Below the pieces are notes generated by a model. That model made no database searches and was not told the origin of the DNA. It was given only the letters and a program-made list of their open reading frames with translations. This document shows, piece after piece, positions 62,539-64,000 of a stretch of 64,000 nucleotides of DNA. The position numbers and the translations under genes are program-made. Source of the stretch: Eutreptiella sp. 'Long Island Sound 2002' (lineage: Eukaryota; Protista; Euglenida); the NCBI GenBank assembly GCA_964036045.1, contig OZ038378.1, positions 176,142,001 to 176,206,000 on the forward strand, given 5' to 3'. Position 1 is the first letter of the stretch, and each line of letters starts with the position of its first letter.

Positions 62539-63204
62539 GCAAGCATGTGCAGTTCAAGATGAGAGGCAAAGTTCAAGGGGCTTCTATTCCACGGCCCTAG
62601 TTGTAGTTGCCTCACATGAAAAACTAATAACGATGAAAAATAAAATGCCGAGAGTATCGTGCAGTAGGCGCTAGAAAACTGACAACAATGAAAACATGCT
62701 GAAACCTTTGTGCATCGGGTTTGCCCTTGTGATTCCAACTTGGGGCTTAAGGCGAGCAATGTGCAAGTTTGTTGCACGAATAGCTTCGTACAGACCCAAT
62801 GGCAGATTTGGATAACTTTTTCACTCTTATGCCCCCCAGCTTTGTTTAGCAAGTGCAAGGCATTGTACATGTGGTGCCATTGACTGAGATTGAGGTCGCT
62901 GGTTTGTGTGATTTCTGCTTCTTGAATTACTGGGCCTAACCTACATTGGCACAAGAATAATCCAAAGACTGCAATAATACTCCAGTGAGCCACCTTGATG
63001 TTGGTTCTATATATGGGGCATCGTTGCCCACTGAGACTCAGGGCTAATGGGGCACCCTGCCATGACCTTGACAAATATTTCTTGTCACACTCGTGTTTAT
63101 TCGTTTCCTGGTGCATTTGTGTTCCACACCAGTTTCCATATTTACATTCCTGTGGACTGTGCGGCGGTGTGGCGGCTAGAGGCCTGGAAAGACTGGTCTT
63201 GTAG

Positions 63205-63299
63205 CTGTTGAGAGGTCTGACAAGAATGGACCGCCAGGCGGCGAGCGCGTGATCCTGGGGATTCCACGCAAGTGCTTGAAGATACTTTGCAAAGCAGAG
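63205..63299 (+). CDS. Candidate channel linker exon
   Basis: gtcttgtag|ct...GAG|gtattc, phase 1 to 0: (A)VERSDKNGPPGGERVILGIPRKCLKILCKAE. Bridges the phases of the flanking exons exactly. Confidence 0.62.
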
Positions 63300-63916
63300 G
63301 TATTCACAACACATTAACCAGAGCACTATTAGTAGGCAAATTAGGGTCGAAACCCCAGAAGAGGCCACTACCAAATGAAGAAAAGTAAGGGAAATACCCC
63401 AAACTGCCAACTTATGGGTATAGATAGGGTTAGTGTGCACTGCACATTTCCTCCACTGCTCTACAGATGCACAAAACACCTTCATTACTGAAAGCATGCC
63501 ACACACACCGCTTTAATCACACAGTGGCCAACCAGCTTTGTGGAAGAATTCACTTGTTTAGGGTCCCCGTTGTCTGAGGCACAGTAGGCATACTAATTGT
63601 GACCATTTGGCCCCTGGGACACGTGTAAAAATGGCCTGATACTTGGACGATCAGGGTTGCTCCAATATTGAGGTATTCTTTAATGACCAAGAGTAGCATA
63701 CTGGGACAGTATGCTTGGATTTGGGCCCTCATGGGGTATTAATTCATTATTATTCCATCGATTAAAATGGGGTTGAAAGCGGATGACACCAGGCCCTGTC
63801 ACATTTGCTTTTTTTTTTCCCATTTTTTGTGCACGTGCCACGCTTTCTCCTCCATGCACCGTGTTCCTCCATCCTCGCCCTTGTACACCCTTGCACTCAT
63901 CTGCCTCTGCGATCAG

Positions 63917-64000
63917 GACGACGACGTACCGATCAAGTCTTCGGGGGGGCAGCTGAGCAAGACGGCTAAGCTCCGTGTCGCTGGAAAACTCATTGTCACC
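63917..64000 (+). CDS. Channel exon running off the window (approach to the next repeat)
   Basis: Pyrimidine tract, gatcag|GAC, phase 0: DDDVPIKSSGGQLSKTAKLRVAGKLIVT. Confidence 0.65.

Noticed and set aside
62529-63506. 325-aa minus-strand ORF
   Set aside because: No domain features; antisense to phase-consistent channel exons.

Overview
Repeat-dense eukaryotic nuclear DNA. I see no prokaryotic operon, rRNA gene, intact tRNA gene or true CRISPR/cas locus. Three intron-rich host genes, all on the + strand, can be rebuilt from splice signals and reading phase. (1) The last two exons of a class-3-lipase-like protein with a C-terminal non-canonical FYVE finger (225-461, 3860-4270). (2) A candidate 7-exon acidic/Pro-rich protein of unknown function (about 15054-36670); it could be more than one gene. 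(3) Part of a voltage-gated-type cation channel (exons from 53990 to the window end) whose first pore loop reads TTRNNIW. Most of the rest is nested, decayed mobile DNA: hAT elements and MITEs with clear TIRs/TSDs; G-terminated MITEs with variable 3-bp TSDs; two LINE types with different RNase H placement; Penelope-like RT fragments; a gag-YR-RT-RH tyrosine-recombinase retroelement with an internal inversion; a tandem pair of subterminal-inverted-repeat elements among telomere-like hexamers; about 8 degenerate tRNA-like (A box + B box) modules; a ~1-kb foldback palindrome; and simple repeats. A euglenozoan-like protist origin is suggested by the VIPER/TATE-like domain order and TTAGGG-type hexamers, but this is inference only. 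All coordinates and motifs were read by eye; no database searches were run.
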